Assembly (NCBI GenBank): GCA_046599035.1
Contig: JBKJHK010000003.1
Location: forward strand, 1 to 41,355
DNA length: 41,355 nucleotides
Direction: 5' to 3'
From: Parcubacteria group bacterium
Lineage (GTDB): Bacteria > Patescibacteriota > Minisyncoccia > Phycocordibacterales > DATDWN01
Below, piece by piece: positions 6,878 through 16,436 of the stretch. Every line of letters begins with the position of its first letter. Position 1 is the stretch's first letter. The notes under the pieces are model-generated. The model saw nothing but the letters and a program-made list of their open reading frames with translations. It did no database searches and was not told where the DNA came from. The position numbers and the translations under genes were made by a program.

Positions 6878-7903
6878 CTATGATTGTGCACGTATCATCC
6901 TCTCATAAATATGAACAAGCGAAAGACAGAGGCTTGCAATGACAGGACCAAGAAGGATTCCTTCTGGACCGAAAAAGGAAATACCTCCGAGCACTGAAAA
7001 AAGAACCACGAGCGGATGTAGTCGAGTGCCTTTCTTGTAGAAATATGGTCCGAGCATATTATCAATCGTACCCACCAAGAGCATTCCCCATGCAGTTAGT
7101 CCGAGTGCAAAAGGCGTATTCCCAGTCACAAAAAGATAAATGATTGCAGGGACGATAATGAGCGCAGTTCCAAGACCTGGTACAACTGCACAAAGCGCAG
7201 CAAGGGCACCCCAGAGGACTGCATTTGGAACTCCGAAGATCGAAAGTCCAAGTCCTGCAAGGAGTCCTTGGATAAGGGCGATAAGAAGCGTACCCTTCAC
7301 TACCGTGGTGATACTCTCAGTAGTATTTTGAAGTAGTTCAATATCATATGAGTCATGGAGTGGTGAAAGCACTATCAACTTTTGTACGATACGTTTACCA
7401 TCTTTCAAAAAGAAGAAGATAGCGATAATTATGAGAAATATGTCAGCAACAATCGTAAGCGTCCCGAACAATACATCTTTAAAATTGTCGGTTGCCCAGC
7501 CAAGTGCGTACTCTACATACTGGTCGATATTAATAGAAAAATCGGGAATAATTTGCCTCACCGGTTTTTCAATAGCACGGGCAAGATAGTCAAACTCGCT
7601 AATATTATTATTTGAAAGCTGTGTATACAAGCCATGTGCCTGTCCGAATGCCTGCTGACCTAAAAAGATGACTGGCAACATCACAAATACCAGGCCGACG
7701 AAAATAGAAATAAGTGCACTCACCGCTTCTTTTCCTCGCAGTGCAATACGGATCTTTTCATACAATGGAAACAATACGATACTAAACGTAGCCGCTAAAA
7801 ATAGCGTGGTGAAAAAAGGTTTGAATATAAAAAAGGCTAAGACAGCTGTTGCCCCAAACAAACCAGCGAAAAAGATAATTTCAATTTTACTTCTGTTAAT
7901 CAT
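6878..7903 (-). CDS. AI-2E family transporter (PerM/UPF0118)
   Basis: 341 aa and about 8 TM segments. The central FFFLKDGKRI motif and overall topology are typical of the AI-2E family. Confidence 0.9.
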   Translation of the reverse strand: MINRSKIEIIFFAGLFGATAVLAFFIFKPFFTTLFLAATFSIVLFPLYEKIRIALRGKEAVSALISIFVGLVFVMLPVIFLGQQAFGQAHGLYTQLSNNNISEFDYLARAIEKPVRQIIPDFSINIDQYVEYALGWATDNFKDVLFGTLTIVADIFLIIIAIFFFLKDGKRIVQKLIVLSPLHDSYDIELLQNTTESITTVVKGTLLIALIQGLLAGLGLSIFGVPNAVLWGALAALCAVVPGLGTALIIVPAIIYLFVTGNTPFALGLTAWGMLLVGTIDNMLGPYFYKKGTRLHPLVVLFSVLGGISFFGPEGILLGPVIASLCLSLVHIYERMIRAQS

Positions 7904-7931
7904 AATAATTAATTATACAATGATATTCTAA

Positions 7932-8101
7932 TTTGAAATACAAAACTCGTCGAATCATATCTTTTGAGGTGAGAAGTCGTAATACGACTTCGTAAAACCT
8001 TGAACGTTTCGTAATCGAAAGGTGAAAGGTGTACTGTTCCTGTAAGGAAACGAGTGTACGGTTTCAAAAGGATGTGATGAGAAAGAGGTTTTGAATTCAA
8101 A
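7932..8101. repeat. palindromic intergenic repeat, family B, copy B1 (about 170 nt)
   Basis: The outer arms TTTGAAATACAAAACTC and GAGGTTTTGAATTCAAA are complementary, as are the inner arms TCATATCTTTTG and CAAAAGGATGTGA. There is an internal hairpin, GAAGTCGTAATACGACTTC. A 28-nt motif at 8071-8098 recurs at 10274-10301. The element abuts the stop codon at 8110. Confidence 0.5.
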
Positions 8102-8109
8102 GTATTGTA

Positions 8110-9465
8110 TCATTGCGGATCAAAGATCATCGTGCTTGTTGCTCCATTTAACAGACTTGTTATGCGTTTCCCTCCAAATATAGACGGTAGAATTCCTACA
8201 CCATTGCACCCTATATTATACATCAAAACTTTATTTTTTGGCTCAAATCCAATGCGTCGTATTCCGTTTGGAGTATAGCCCATAAGTCCGTGCCAGGTAA
8301 ATTTATAGGTGATAGATTTATCTGGATCCGCCTCATACGTCTTTCTCACGAATTGATCGATCTTTTCCCCCATTTCTTCAGGATAGAGTAGCTCATGCGA
8401 ATATGCATACTTATCTTCCACTGAAAGTTCTGGTCCTCCAACTGAAATCAGATTGTATTCTTTATTCCCTTCATATTCATATTGTCGCCTGGTAAGGTAG
8501 AAATACGGATCACGCAAAGAGAGATCAGGGTCTGTGAAATAACTAATCGCAATCGGCGGTTTACTTAACGGTTCCATATACCCAGACATATACCCGATTG
8601 TTCCATGGACACTCTCGTGGAATTTCGTATCAATATCAAGACCTGACTCATTTATAATAAGCAAATTCTCAAAACCATTGGTACAAAGAACAACCGTATC
8701 GGTTGTGACAGTGTGTAGCCCAGCCTCCAGAAGCGCTCGCTCATGTTTCAAAACTACTTTCTGGATCGGAGTATGCTCATAAATACTCAAGCGATCCTTG
8801 TATGTAGCTTGTAAATACCCTACCACTTCTTCGCAAAACAATGCACTGTTGATACAACCTTTTTGATAGGAAAGTACTGCACAAAAGGCAGTATCTTCCG
8901 TCTCAAGAAGAGACAGAACAAGTTCATTGGGAACAAGGGTATAAAAGTCTTTATATACTTCAGGAATACTATTCACAAAATCGGCTGATTCTGAAATACG
9001 AAATGTTTCCACGAGGAGCCCTGCCTCTTTGCGAGCCTGACTGTCTTCTAGATGGCTCAATACCTGGTCATACGAGGAAAATCCGGCATGACCCACGAAC
9101 CGTGAAAAAGGTATGTCGAGTCCCGCCTCGGTATACATGAGGTCTAAGAGAGTCCAGGTCTCTTCGATCGCTTTCTGTGCATCTCCTGATTTTTCTATCC
9201 CGAACTCCGAAACGATATCTGCAAATGAACGTTCGAAATAACTGACCACTTGCCCGGCATTGTGTCCTGTTGCTCCCCGTGCAATCTTATTTGCTTCGAT
9301 CAATACGATTTTTTTATCTGTTTCTCTCAGGAGAAAAAATGCGGTTGCAACTCCTGCGATTCCGCTCCCTACAACAGTTACATCCGTACTAATATCAGAA
9401 GAAAGTGTAGGAAAAAATTCCGTACGAGTTAGCTGATGTATCCACGGTGAATGATTTTGACTCAT
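8110..9465 (-). CDS. FAD-dependent oxidoreductase (DAO family)
   Basis: 451 aa with an N-terminal dinucleotide-binding motif (VTVVGSGIAGVATAFFL...IEAN...GATGHNAG). Confidence 0.9.
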   Translation of the reverse strand: MSQNHSPWIHQLTRTEFFPTLSSDISTDVTVVGSGIAGVATAFFLLRETDKKIVLIEANKIARGATGHNAGQVVSYFERSFADIVSEFGIEKSGDAQKAIEETWTLLDLMYTEAGLDIPFSRFVGHAGFSSYDQVLSHLEDSQARKEAGLLVETFRISESADFVNSIPEVYKDFYTLVPNELVLSLLETEDTAFCAVLSYQKGCINSALFCEEVVGYLQATYKDRLSIYEHTPIQKVVLKHERALLEAGLHTVTTDTVVLCTNGFENLLIINESGLDIDTKFHESVHGTIGYMSGYMEPLSKPPIAISYFTDPDLSLRDPYFYLTRRQYEYEGNKEYNLISVGGPELSVEDKYAYSHELLYPEEMGEKIDQFVRKTYEADPDKSITYKFTWHGLMGYTPNGIRRIGFEPKNKVLMYNIGCNGVGILPSIFGGKRITSLLNGATSTMIFDPQ

Positions 9466-9471
9466 AAAAGT

Positions 9472-9614
9472 TATATATTTGGCAAATTTCGTTGTTAAAC
9501 TTCAAAAAATATTCCTCACCAGCGCACTCAGGCTGGCTCGTAATATTTTCCTCGTTTGCCTAGAACTTTGCTCAAATCTATAACTTTTATCATACTATAT
9601 ATTTGGCAAATTTG
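9472..9614. repeat. family A subfamily ii copy A4 (inverted relative to A2) plus a partial second arm
   Basis: TTTGGCAAATTTCGTTGTT and GCCTAGAACTTTGCTCAAAT are identical to the reverse complement of the A2 arms. The core is unrelated but self-complementary (AAAATATT..CCAGC-GCACTCAG-GCTGG..AATATTTT). The 18-mer TATATATTTGGCAAATTT occurs at 9472-9489 and again at 9596-9613. Confidence 0.55.
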
Positions 9615-9646
9615 ATTTAACAAAATCACCTACTTAGTCAGTTTAA

Positions 9647-10237
9647 TTAAAAAGTGCGAGCCACAAGCGCAATAATGAGGATACCAAAAAAGCTCATAAC
9701 AAAGCAGATCGGAATAAACAGAGACATGCGTACTTTTGAGATGCCAAGGAGTGCTATGGCAAACTCACGCGGCAATGGAGATGCGATAATAAGTGCAGCG
9801 AGAAGCGGCGAGAGCCAGCGAAAAAAACCTTTCTTAAAGAAATGAATGATCTTTTTCTCGTTTTTCAATGTATGAAGTACTTCGAGAATATCGTCGGCAA
9901 AATGATCGCGAATAAACAGAAAGATAACAAGATCCCCAACGAGGGACCCAAGCGCTCCCCAAAATGCAACAAGAAGTGGCGAAGTCGTCTGTGAAATCTG
10001 GGCAAGAGCGATCGCTGCGGGAGCAATCGTAAAAGCTGAAGTGAAGAAAAATCCTGCAATAAAACTGCCAATAATCTTCAGCTCATCGATAGTGGAAACT
10101 ATATCTTGGATCACTCCAAACCGAACAATCCCGATTGCTACAAACACTGAGACACCTATGATAAGCAGGTCTCTTTCAAGATCTGAGTATGGATTTTTAA
10201 TTATAGGTATATTTTTTTGCCCCGGCAGAAGAGTCAT
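9647..10237 (-). CDS. integral membrane protein, possibly DedA/VTT-domain-like
   Basis: 196 aa and about 5 TM segments. The segment GALGSLVGDLVIFLFIRD resembles the DedA/TVP38 signature. The assignment is tentative. Confidence 0.55.
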   Translation of the reverse strand: MTLLPGQKNIPIIKNPYSDLERDLLIIGVSVFVAIGIVRFGVIQDIVSTIDELKIIGSFIAGFFFTSAFTIAPAAIALAQISQTTSPLLVAFWGALGSLVGDLVIFLFIRDHFADDILEVLHTLKNEKKIIHFFKKGFFRWLSPLLAALIIASPLPREFAIALLGISKVRMSLFIPICFVMSFFGILIIALVARTF

Positions 10238-10273
10238 GAAAACAGTATACCATAAGCTGATTTTGTGAAAAAA

Positions 10274-10301
10274 GATGTGATGAGAAAAAGTTTTGTAATT
10301 C
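10274..10301. repeat. family B motif, copy B2 (28 nt)
   Basis: GATGTGATGAGAAAAAGTTTTGTAATTC matches 8071-8098 at 24/28 positions. It also lies just downstream of a minus-strand stop codon (10318). Confidence 0.45.
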
Positions 10302-10317
10302 TTCGTCTATTAAGAAT

Positions 10318-12063
10318 TTATGCATTACGCTCGCCGATCTGCTCACGCCACATCGCATTATAAAGTCCTTTTTCTAAAAGCAGTTCATCATGAGACCCGA
10401 CTTCGACTATCTTTCCTTTTTCAAGCACATAGATGCGGTTTGCGTGCATGATAGTCCCCAGTCTGTGTGCAATTAAAATAGTGACATGACCTGCATCTTT
10501 GGTCACATCCCGCATCGTTTTCGTGATTTCTTCCTCAGTCAGCGAATCAAGTGCAGATGTCGCTTCGTCAAAGATAATCATTTGCGGCTTACGGAGGAGC
10601 GCCCTGGCAATAGAAAGTCTTTGCTTTTCGCCACCAGAAACCTTGACTCCCCCTTCTCCAATAACCGTATCAAGTCCTTTTCCTCCTCTTTCGAGAAGTG
10701 CGGTGCATGCACTTTTCTGCAGAGCTTCCATGCACTCTTGATCTGTGGCGAGAGGTTTTACAAATAATAAATTTTCTCGGATCGTACCGGCGAACAGCTG
10801 CGTATCTTGCGTCACAAAGCCGATACGCGAACGAATGCTCTGCATGTCTGCGTCACTTTGTGAAATATCATTATAAAAAACACTACCCGCACTCGGCTTG
10901 TATAAACCGACAAGGAGCTTTACTAAGCTCGTCTTACCAGAACCCGATGGTCCCACAAATGCAACTGTTTCTCCAGAAGTTACTTCAAAAGAAACGTGGG
11001 ACAGTGCTGGTTCTATTCCAGAAGGATATGAAAACGTCAGATCATTGAAACCGATACGGCCAATACTCTCTATTTTCTTTGGGTGAAGTGGAGTTTCTTC
11101 GACAGGCATATCGAGGATCGCTTGGTATTTTTTAAGCGACACTTCAACTTCCCGATACATATTGACAACATTTCCAAGTTCCTGAAGCGGGCCGAAGACG
11201 AAAAATGAATAGATAAAGAGAGAAAAAAATTGTCCAAAGGTGATAACTCCAGCAAATATGAGATAGAGCATGAACAGAAGTATCGATGATCGCAAGAGAT
11301 TGATGAATGTGCCTTGGACGAAACTAACACTTCGTACATATCGGAGTTTCCGCAATTCAAGCGCCAAGATCTTTTCTGTTGTTGTATTCAGGCGATGTAT
11401 TTCCTGGTCAACCAGTCCGAGACTTTTCACAAGCTCTATATTGCGCAAGGACTCGGTCGTAGAGCCAGCAAGTACTGTGGTTTCTTTGACAATCTCTTGT
11501 TGAATCACCTTTACCTTTCGAGTAAGGACGTAGCTGAGCCCTCCAATGATCGGGATCGTCAGTGCATATGCAAGAGCAACTCCCCAGTAGATAGTGAGTG
11601 CGTATACTGATACAAATATAAATCCGACAAGCGATACGAACGTAATATTGATAGATGAAGCAATAAACTTTTCAACATCCGTACGAACTTTCTGTAATAT
11701 TCCGAGCGTCTCTCCACTTCTCTGATCTTCAAAGACACCATACGGCAGACTAAGTGAATGCTGTATTCCATCACCATAGAGTTCTGCTCCGACTCGCTGA
11801 GTGACTTCGTTTAAAAAGTAGTCTTGGAAATTCTTTGCAACACGAGAAACAAATGCTGCACCTATAGCAAGCAGAAGAAGTTTTGTCACTCCTTTAAAGA
11901 ATTCCTGTTCTGTATGCGCACCCGAGTTTGTCGCATACCCGTCGATAATATGTCTGAAGATAAGTGGGTCAATCAAGGTAAACACTTGATTAATTAAAGC
12001 GAGTACAAGGACACCCAGACAAAGCTTCCAATATTTCTTGAGATAGATAAAAAGCGTATTCAT
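10318..12063 (-). CDS. ABC exporter, fused permease/ATPase (MsbA/type 1 exporter-like)
   Basis: 581 aa with an N-terminal 6-TM domain, Walker A (GPSGSGKTS), the signature VSGGEKQR and Walker B (IIFDEATSALD). Confidence 0.95.
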   Translation of the reverse strand: MNTLFIYLKKYWKLCLGVLVLALINQVFTLIDPLIFRHIIDGYATNSGAHTEQEFFKGVTKLLLLAIGAAFVSRVAKNFQDYFLNEVTQRVGAELYGDGIQHSLSLPYGVFEDQRSGETLGILQKVRTDVEKFIASSINITFVSLVGFIFVSVYALTIYWGVALAYALTIPIIGGLSYVLTRKVKVIQQEIVKETTVLAGSTTESLRNIELVKSLGLVDQEIHRLNTTTEKILALELRKLRYVRSVSFVQGTFINLLRSSILLFMLYLIFAGVITFGQFFSLFIYSFFVFGPLQELGNVVNMYREVEVSLKKYQAILDMPVEETPLHPKKIESIGRIGFNDLTFSYPSGIEPALSHVSFEVTSGETVAFVGPSGSGKTSLVKLLVGLYKPSAGSVFYNDISQSDADMQSIRSRIGFVTQDTQLFAGTIRENLLFVKPLATDQECMEALQKSACTALLERGGKGLDTVIGEGGVKVSGGEKQRLSIARALLRKPQMIIFDEATSALDSLTEEEITKTMRDVTKDAGHVTILIAHRLGTIMHANRIYVLEKGKIVEVGSHDELLLEKGLYNAMWREQIGERNA

Positions 12064-12072
12064 CGCCTAAGC

Positions 12073-12339
12073 TTATATTTTTAGAGCACGCACCGCAAGA
12101 GCACGTGATAGCGCGAGCTTCTTTTCCCTTGGAAGCCTTTTGAGTTCAGCTTCGCGCCGACGCGCTTCTCCGAGGTTTTTTACTGTTTCTTTATATTTCA
12201 AAACGACTGGTCGACGTATCTTTGTATAGTGCGCACCACTTTTTAAATGATTGTGTGCGTAGAGGCGTTTTTCTAGGTCCGGAGTAGATCCTACATACAA
12301 AGTTTTATCCGCACATTCGAGAATATAGACTGTGTACAT
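12073..12339 (-). CDS. GIY-YIG domain protein (UPF0213-like)
   Basis: 88 aa with YTVYILECADKTLYVGSTPDLEKRLYAHN and a downstream RREAELK. Confidence 0.9.
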   Translation of the reverse strand: MYTVYILECADKTLYVGSTPDLEKRLYAHNHLKSGAHYTKIRRPVVLKYKETVKNLGEARRREAELKRLPREKKLALSRALAVRALKI

Positions 12340-12345
12340 GGTATT

Positions 12346-13347
12346 TTAGAGTGGTAACTCAAAACTGCATTTTGTATGCTCTAAATCTTTCAAGAAGGTA
12401 CTGCAGAAAGCATCTCGCTCGGTATCTTTCAAGAATTTTGGAGCAAACACATTGAGCTTGTATGGAAACAGCGTGAACACCGCTTTGTCAGAATAAAACC
12501 TCACTCCGGCACCGAGACCTTCGGTGGTACGGGGTGTATTTTGATCAAAAACAAAGTTACCAAGAGAATAAAAAATTGCTTTCCCTTTGTATATACGAAC
12601 TGGTTCTACAACATGTGGGTGATGCCCAAAGATTACATCTGCACCATTATCAATCAGTGCATGCGCAATCTTCTCTTGAACAGGAGTTTCTGTGAGTGCA
12701 TACTCAGTGCCCCAATGAATATTTACCACCACAAAGTCATTTTCCGTACTCAATCTTTTTATGAGCGGATAAAAATCTGAAACTGGGATCGGGACTGTAG
12801 TTTCGTCGATGCCAATAAAAGCCACTTTTTTATCATTGATTGTCTTAATGATATAACTCTTCTCGAGACTCCTGTCTCCCATGAAATCAATCTGAGCTTC
12901 AGTAAGATATTTCTTCGTACTTTCAAACCCGACTCGATAGCAGTCAAATGCATGATTATTAGCAATCGTCACCATTGTAATACCGATACTTTTGAGGCGT
13001 TGTGGTGTATCGCTTCCAAACTGGAAGTTGTAGGCTTTCTCTTGGCACTTGGCCCTATCCATCTCGACGATCGGACCTTCGAGGTTTGCAATCGTAACAT
13101 CAAAATCTTTTATGAGATCTCTGTCCTTTTTTATATACTCAAACGGATCTCTTTTTTTGTTTACAATAATGTTGCGCACTCCTCGATCGAACATCACATC
13201 TCCAAAATTAAGAATTCCAATTGATTCTTTTTTAACAAGACCTACAGATTGGAGAGATCTAACTATGGTTTCATTCTTATAAAGGAATAAAAATACAATG
13301 AGAAAAATAGCAATACTCATACACATGAAAAGAATGGCTTTTTTCAT
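12346..13347 (-). CDS. CapA-family protein (PGA_cap metallophosphatase-like)
   Basis: 333 aa with one N-terminal TM segment. Motifs: GDVMFDRGV, ANLEGP, ANNHAFD, NIHWGTEY, GHHPHVVEP and YSLGNFVFDQ. Confidence 0.9.
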   Translation of the reverse strand: MKKAILFMCMSIAIFLIVFLFLYKNETIVRSLQSVGLVKKESIGILNFGDVMFDRGVRNIIVNKKRDPFEYIKKDRDLIKDFDVTIANLEGPIVEMDRAKCQEKAYNFQFGSDTPQRLKSIGITMVTIANNHAFDCYRVGFESTKKYLTEAQIDFMGDRSLEKSYIIKTINDKKVAFIGIDETTVPIPVSDFYPLIKRLSTENDFVVVNIHWGTEYALTETPVQEKIAHALIDNGADVIFGHHPHVVEPVRIYKGKAIFYSLGNFVFDQNTPRTTEGLGAGVRFYSDKAVFTLFPYKLNVFAPKFLKDTERDAFCSTFLKDLEHTKCSFELPL

Positions 13348-13388
13348 TAGTATACTTTTTCCTTAAATCATTATAATTTTTAATCTTA

Positions 13389-14009
13389 CTATTTATACCA
13401 CTGTCGATACCAGTCCTGCATTTCTCGAATTTCCTTTGACTGTGATTCGATAATATTTTTTGCTAACTGCTGCATTTCCGGACGCTTGGTACCCGATTGA
13501 AGCATCTCTGTCATCATGATTGCCATCTGATGATGAGGAATCATTTGTTCAATAAACATCTTATCAAAATCAACATTAGTTTCTAATGCTTTTATGTCAT
13601 CTCCACTTCCATTATGTATTCCTCCTCCTGACATCATTCCACCTCCCATCATAGTTGTACTTCCTTGAGGGACATCTTCCCCAAACCAATTTTTATACCA
13701 TACGTTCATATCCTGAATTTCTTTCGTCTGGCCTTCTATAATTGCAGTGGCAAGAGTTTTGATCTCTGTACGTTTTGATTTTTGAAGTGCAAGTTGTGCC
13801 ATCAATACAGCTCCTTCGTGATGAGGAATCATTTGCTCAATGAAGTGCTTATCGATATTCCCCATCATCTGATTATTGTTTCCATTCATCATTCCATAGC
13901 CGCCATTTCCGTACCCAGAAAACATAGTTGAAGTGAAAAGCATTGCGAGTAGTACTCCAACGACAATTCCTCCGATTCCGTAGGTTATTTTATTGTTTTG
14001 ATTGTTCAT
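13389..14009 (-). CDS. DUF305 domain protein with two HH repeats and Met/Gly-rich linkers
   Basis: FIEQMIPHHEGAV and FIEQMIPHHQMAI repeats, one N-terminal TM segment, and Met-rich stretches (GYGMMNGNNNQMMGN and TTMMGGGMMSGGG). Confidence 0.9.
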   Translation of the reverse strand: MNNQNNKITYGIGGIVVGVLLAMLFTSTMFSGYGNGGYGMMNGNNNQMMGNIDKHFIEQMIPHHEGAVLMAQLALQKSKRTEIKTLATAIIEGQTKEIQDMNVWYKNWFGEDVPQGSTTMMGGGMMSGGGIHNGSGDDIKALETNVDFDKMFIEQMIPHHQMAIMMTEMLQSGTKRPEMQQLAKNIIESQSKEIREMQDWYRQWYK

Positions 14010-14067
14010 ATTTTTTTATTTTAACTAACAATTTATAATTTTACTAATATTCAACCAATCTGTAATT

Positions 14068-14274
14068 TTACACTTCCGTGAGTGTATATTTTGTATTTTT
14101 GAAATAACCACTAATAAAATCAATTCCAATATGTTCTTTCATTTCTACCTGGGCTGTGCCGGTTGCAATATTAACATTGGCAGAAACCACACCTTCTATT
14201 TCTAACAACATTTCTTCTACATTGTGAGCGCACCCACCACAACTCATTCCGCTTACTTTATATGTATGTATCAT
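14068..14274 (-). CDS. copZ: heavy-metal-associated (HMA) domain metallochaperone, CopZ-like
   Basis: 68 aa with a GMSCGGC metal-binding loop in a ferredoxin-like pattern. Confidence 0.9.
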   Translation of the reverse strand: MIHTYKVSGMSCGGCAHNVEEMLLEIEGVVSANVNIATGTAQVEMKEHIGIDFISGYFKNTKYTLTEV

Positions 14275-14285
14275 AATAATTTTTA

Positions 14286-16433
14286 TTATATTTCTATTAA
14301 TTCCTTCTCAGCTCGCTTCAGGAGCACTGCATTTACTGCCACAATAATCGAGGATATGCTCATGAGGAGCGCCGCAAACTCCGGACGAAGTGAGATGCCA
14401 TAAGATGGATAGAGGACACCAGCGGCAACTGGGATTGCAAGAACATTGTAAATTGAGGCCCAGAAAAGATTTTGCTTCATTTTGCGAACTGTGGCTTTAC
14501 TCAAACGGATTGCCCGTAATACATCTGCGGGGTCAGATTTCATGAGAACTACTTTTGCAGTTTCAATAGCTACATCAGTACCCGCACCAATAGCAATACC
14601 AATGTCGGCTGTAGCAAGAGCGGGAGCGTCGTTTACCCCATCGCCGACCATTGCCACAAACTTACCTTCATCTTGAAGCTTTTTAACATACTTTGCTTTG
14701 TCCTCTGGCATGACTTCAGAAAAAACTCGTTTAATACCAATCGCGTTTGCGACTGCCTCTGCTGTCTGCTTGTTATCTCCTGTGATCATCGCCACTTCAA
14801 TACCCATTTCATTCAATCTCTCAATCGTTATTTTTGCGTTTTGTTTTATGGGATCAATGGCACCGATAACAGCTGCAATTTTTCCGTCAACTGCAAGGAT
14901 CATGATCGTTTCTCCACGCCCGAGGAATTCGGTGATTTTAGATTCAAGAGATCCAAGTATTACATTACTTTCTTTCATAAGCCGAGCAGTACCGACAAGC
15001 ACTTGTTTTCCATCCACGACTGCTTTCACTCCAAGTCCAGAGAGGTTTTCAAATTTTTCAATTTGAGTCGGCATTTCAAGTTTTCTTTTTTTCAGTTCTT
15101 CCAAAATCGCATTACTAAGTGGATGATTTGATTTTGTTTCCGCTGCAGCAACGAGTTTGAGCGCCTCATTTTCATCAAATCCTTCCGCCACAGCTATGGA
15201 AGTCACTTTCGGTTTGCCCTCAGTGAGCGTCCCTGTTTTATCCAGTACTACTGCTTGAATTTTTGCAGCTTGCTCGAGTGTCGTAGCATCCTTAATAAGA
15301 ATATTATGTTTAGCGCCAAGACCTGTGCCGACTGCAACTGCAGTCGGTGTAGCGAGCCCAAGAGCATCAGGACAGGCGATCACTATTGTAGAAATAGCAA
15401 ATGTGAGGGCAACCATAAACGAAGCTCCGAGAACAAAATACCAAATTCCGAATGCGAGAAGCCCCCCGCCGACAGCAACAATAACCAAATACTTTGCAAA
15501 TCGATCTGCCAGCCTTTGTCCGGGAGCTTTAGAATTCTGTGCCGTCTCTACCATCTTCACTATCTGAGCGAGTGCAGTGTCGTTGCCCACTTTTGTCGCT
15601 TTAAATCTAACCGAACCACTTTGGTTAATTGATCCTCCAATAACTTTATCGCCGATACCCCTTAGCACAGGCAATGATTCTCCAGTAACAAGTGACTCAT
15701 CAATAGATGTTTCTCCTTCAGTAATTTCACCATCGACAGGAACTTTGTCACCCGGCTTTAAAATGACAATATCTCCAAGAAGAACTTCAGCAGTCGACAC
15801 AAGTATTTCTTTGCCATCTCGAAACACTCTCGCTTGAGGTGGCACCAAAGCAAACAGGGCTTGCAGGGCATCGGTCGTGCCACGGCGTGATTTCATTTCC
15901 ATCCAATGCCCAAAGAGAACAAAGGTAACGAGCATCGCCGCCGCTTCGTAAAATGAATCACTGCTTCCTTGAAAGGTTAGAAACACACTAAAGGCATAAG
16001 CGGCCGTAATACCGACAGCGATAAGCACTGCCATATTAAGTACTCGCGCTTGAAATGCTTTATATGTTGAGTAGAGAAAAATCCAGCCGGAATAAAAGAA
16101 GACTGGGGTGGTAAGAATAAAAAGAAGCCATGGGACAGAAATCGGTGATGGGAGCATGAGGCCGAATATTTTCTCACCGAGTGGAGAATACGCGATGATC
16201 GGTAGTGTAAAGACGAGCGCAACAAAAAATTTGTTGCGTATGTCAATTTCCATGAGCTTGGCCATCTCTCGCCCTGCAAGTCCACCATGTTCCATACCCA
16301 TACTCATAGTCATGCTCATTTTGAAACGTTGCCAGAATGTCATTTCGGCTACAGGTTTCATGGTGTGGTCTTCATGACCTGAATGCTCAGTAGGTGCGAC
16401 TTCTTTATTATGTTGTGAGTGATCGTGATTCAT
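14286..16433 (-). CDS. P1B-type heavy-metal ATPase, CopB-like, with a His/Met-rich N-terminus and an atypical CPD transmembrane motif
   Basis: 715 aa with DKTGTLT, GDGVNDAPAL, YN(x)4P and MSISS. The N-terminus is MNHDHSQHNKEVAPTEHSGHEDH...MSMTMSMGMEH. The TM motif reads IACPDALGLATP, and the codons TGT CCT GAT were verified by hand. Confidence 0.95.
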   Translation of the reverse strand: MNHDHSQHNKEVAPTEHSGHEDHTMKPVAEMTFWQRFKMSMTMSMGMEHGGLAGREMAKLMEIDIRNKFFVALVFTLPIIAYSPLGEKIFGLMLPSPISVPWLLFILTTPVFFYSGWIFLYSTYKAFQARVLNMAVLIAVGITAAYAFSVFLTFQGSSDSFYEAAAMLVTFVLFGHWMEMKSRRGTTDALQALFALVPPQARVFRDGKEILVSTAEVLLGDIVILKPGDKVPVDGEITEGETSIDESLVTGESLPVLRGIGDKVIGGSINQSGSVRFKATKVGNDTALAQIVKMVETAQNSKAPGQRLADRFAKYLVIVAVGGGLLAFGIWYFVLGASFMVALTFAISTIVIACPDALGLATPTAVAVGTGLGAKHNILIKDATTLEQAAKIQAVVLDKTGTLTEGKPKVTSIAVAEGFDENEALKLVAAAETKSNHPLSNAILEELKKRKLEMPTQIEKFENLSGLGVKAVVDGKQVLVGTARLMKESNVILGSLESKITEFLGRGETIMILAVDGKIAAVIGAIDPIKQNAKITIERLNEMGIEVAMITGDNKQTAEAVANAIGIKRVFSEVMPEDKAKYVKKLQDEGKFVAMVGDGVNDAPALATADIGIAIGAGTDVAIETAKVVLMKSDPADVLRAIRLSKATVRKMKQNLFWASIYNVLAIPVAAGVLYPSYGISLRPEFAALLMSISSIIVAVNAVLLKRAEKELIEI

Positions 16434-16436
16434 AAA

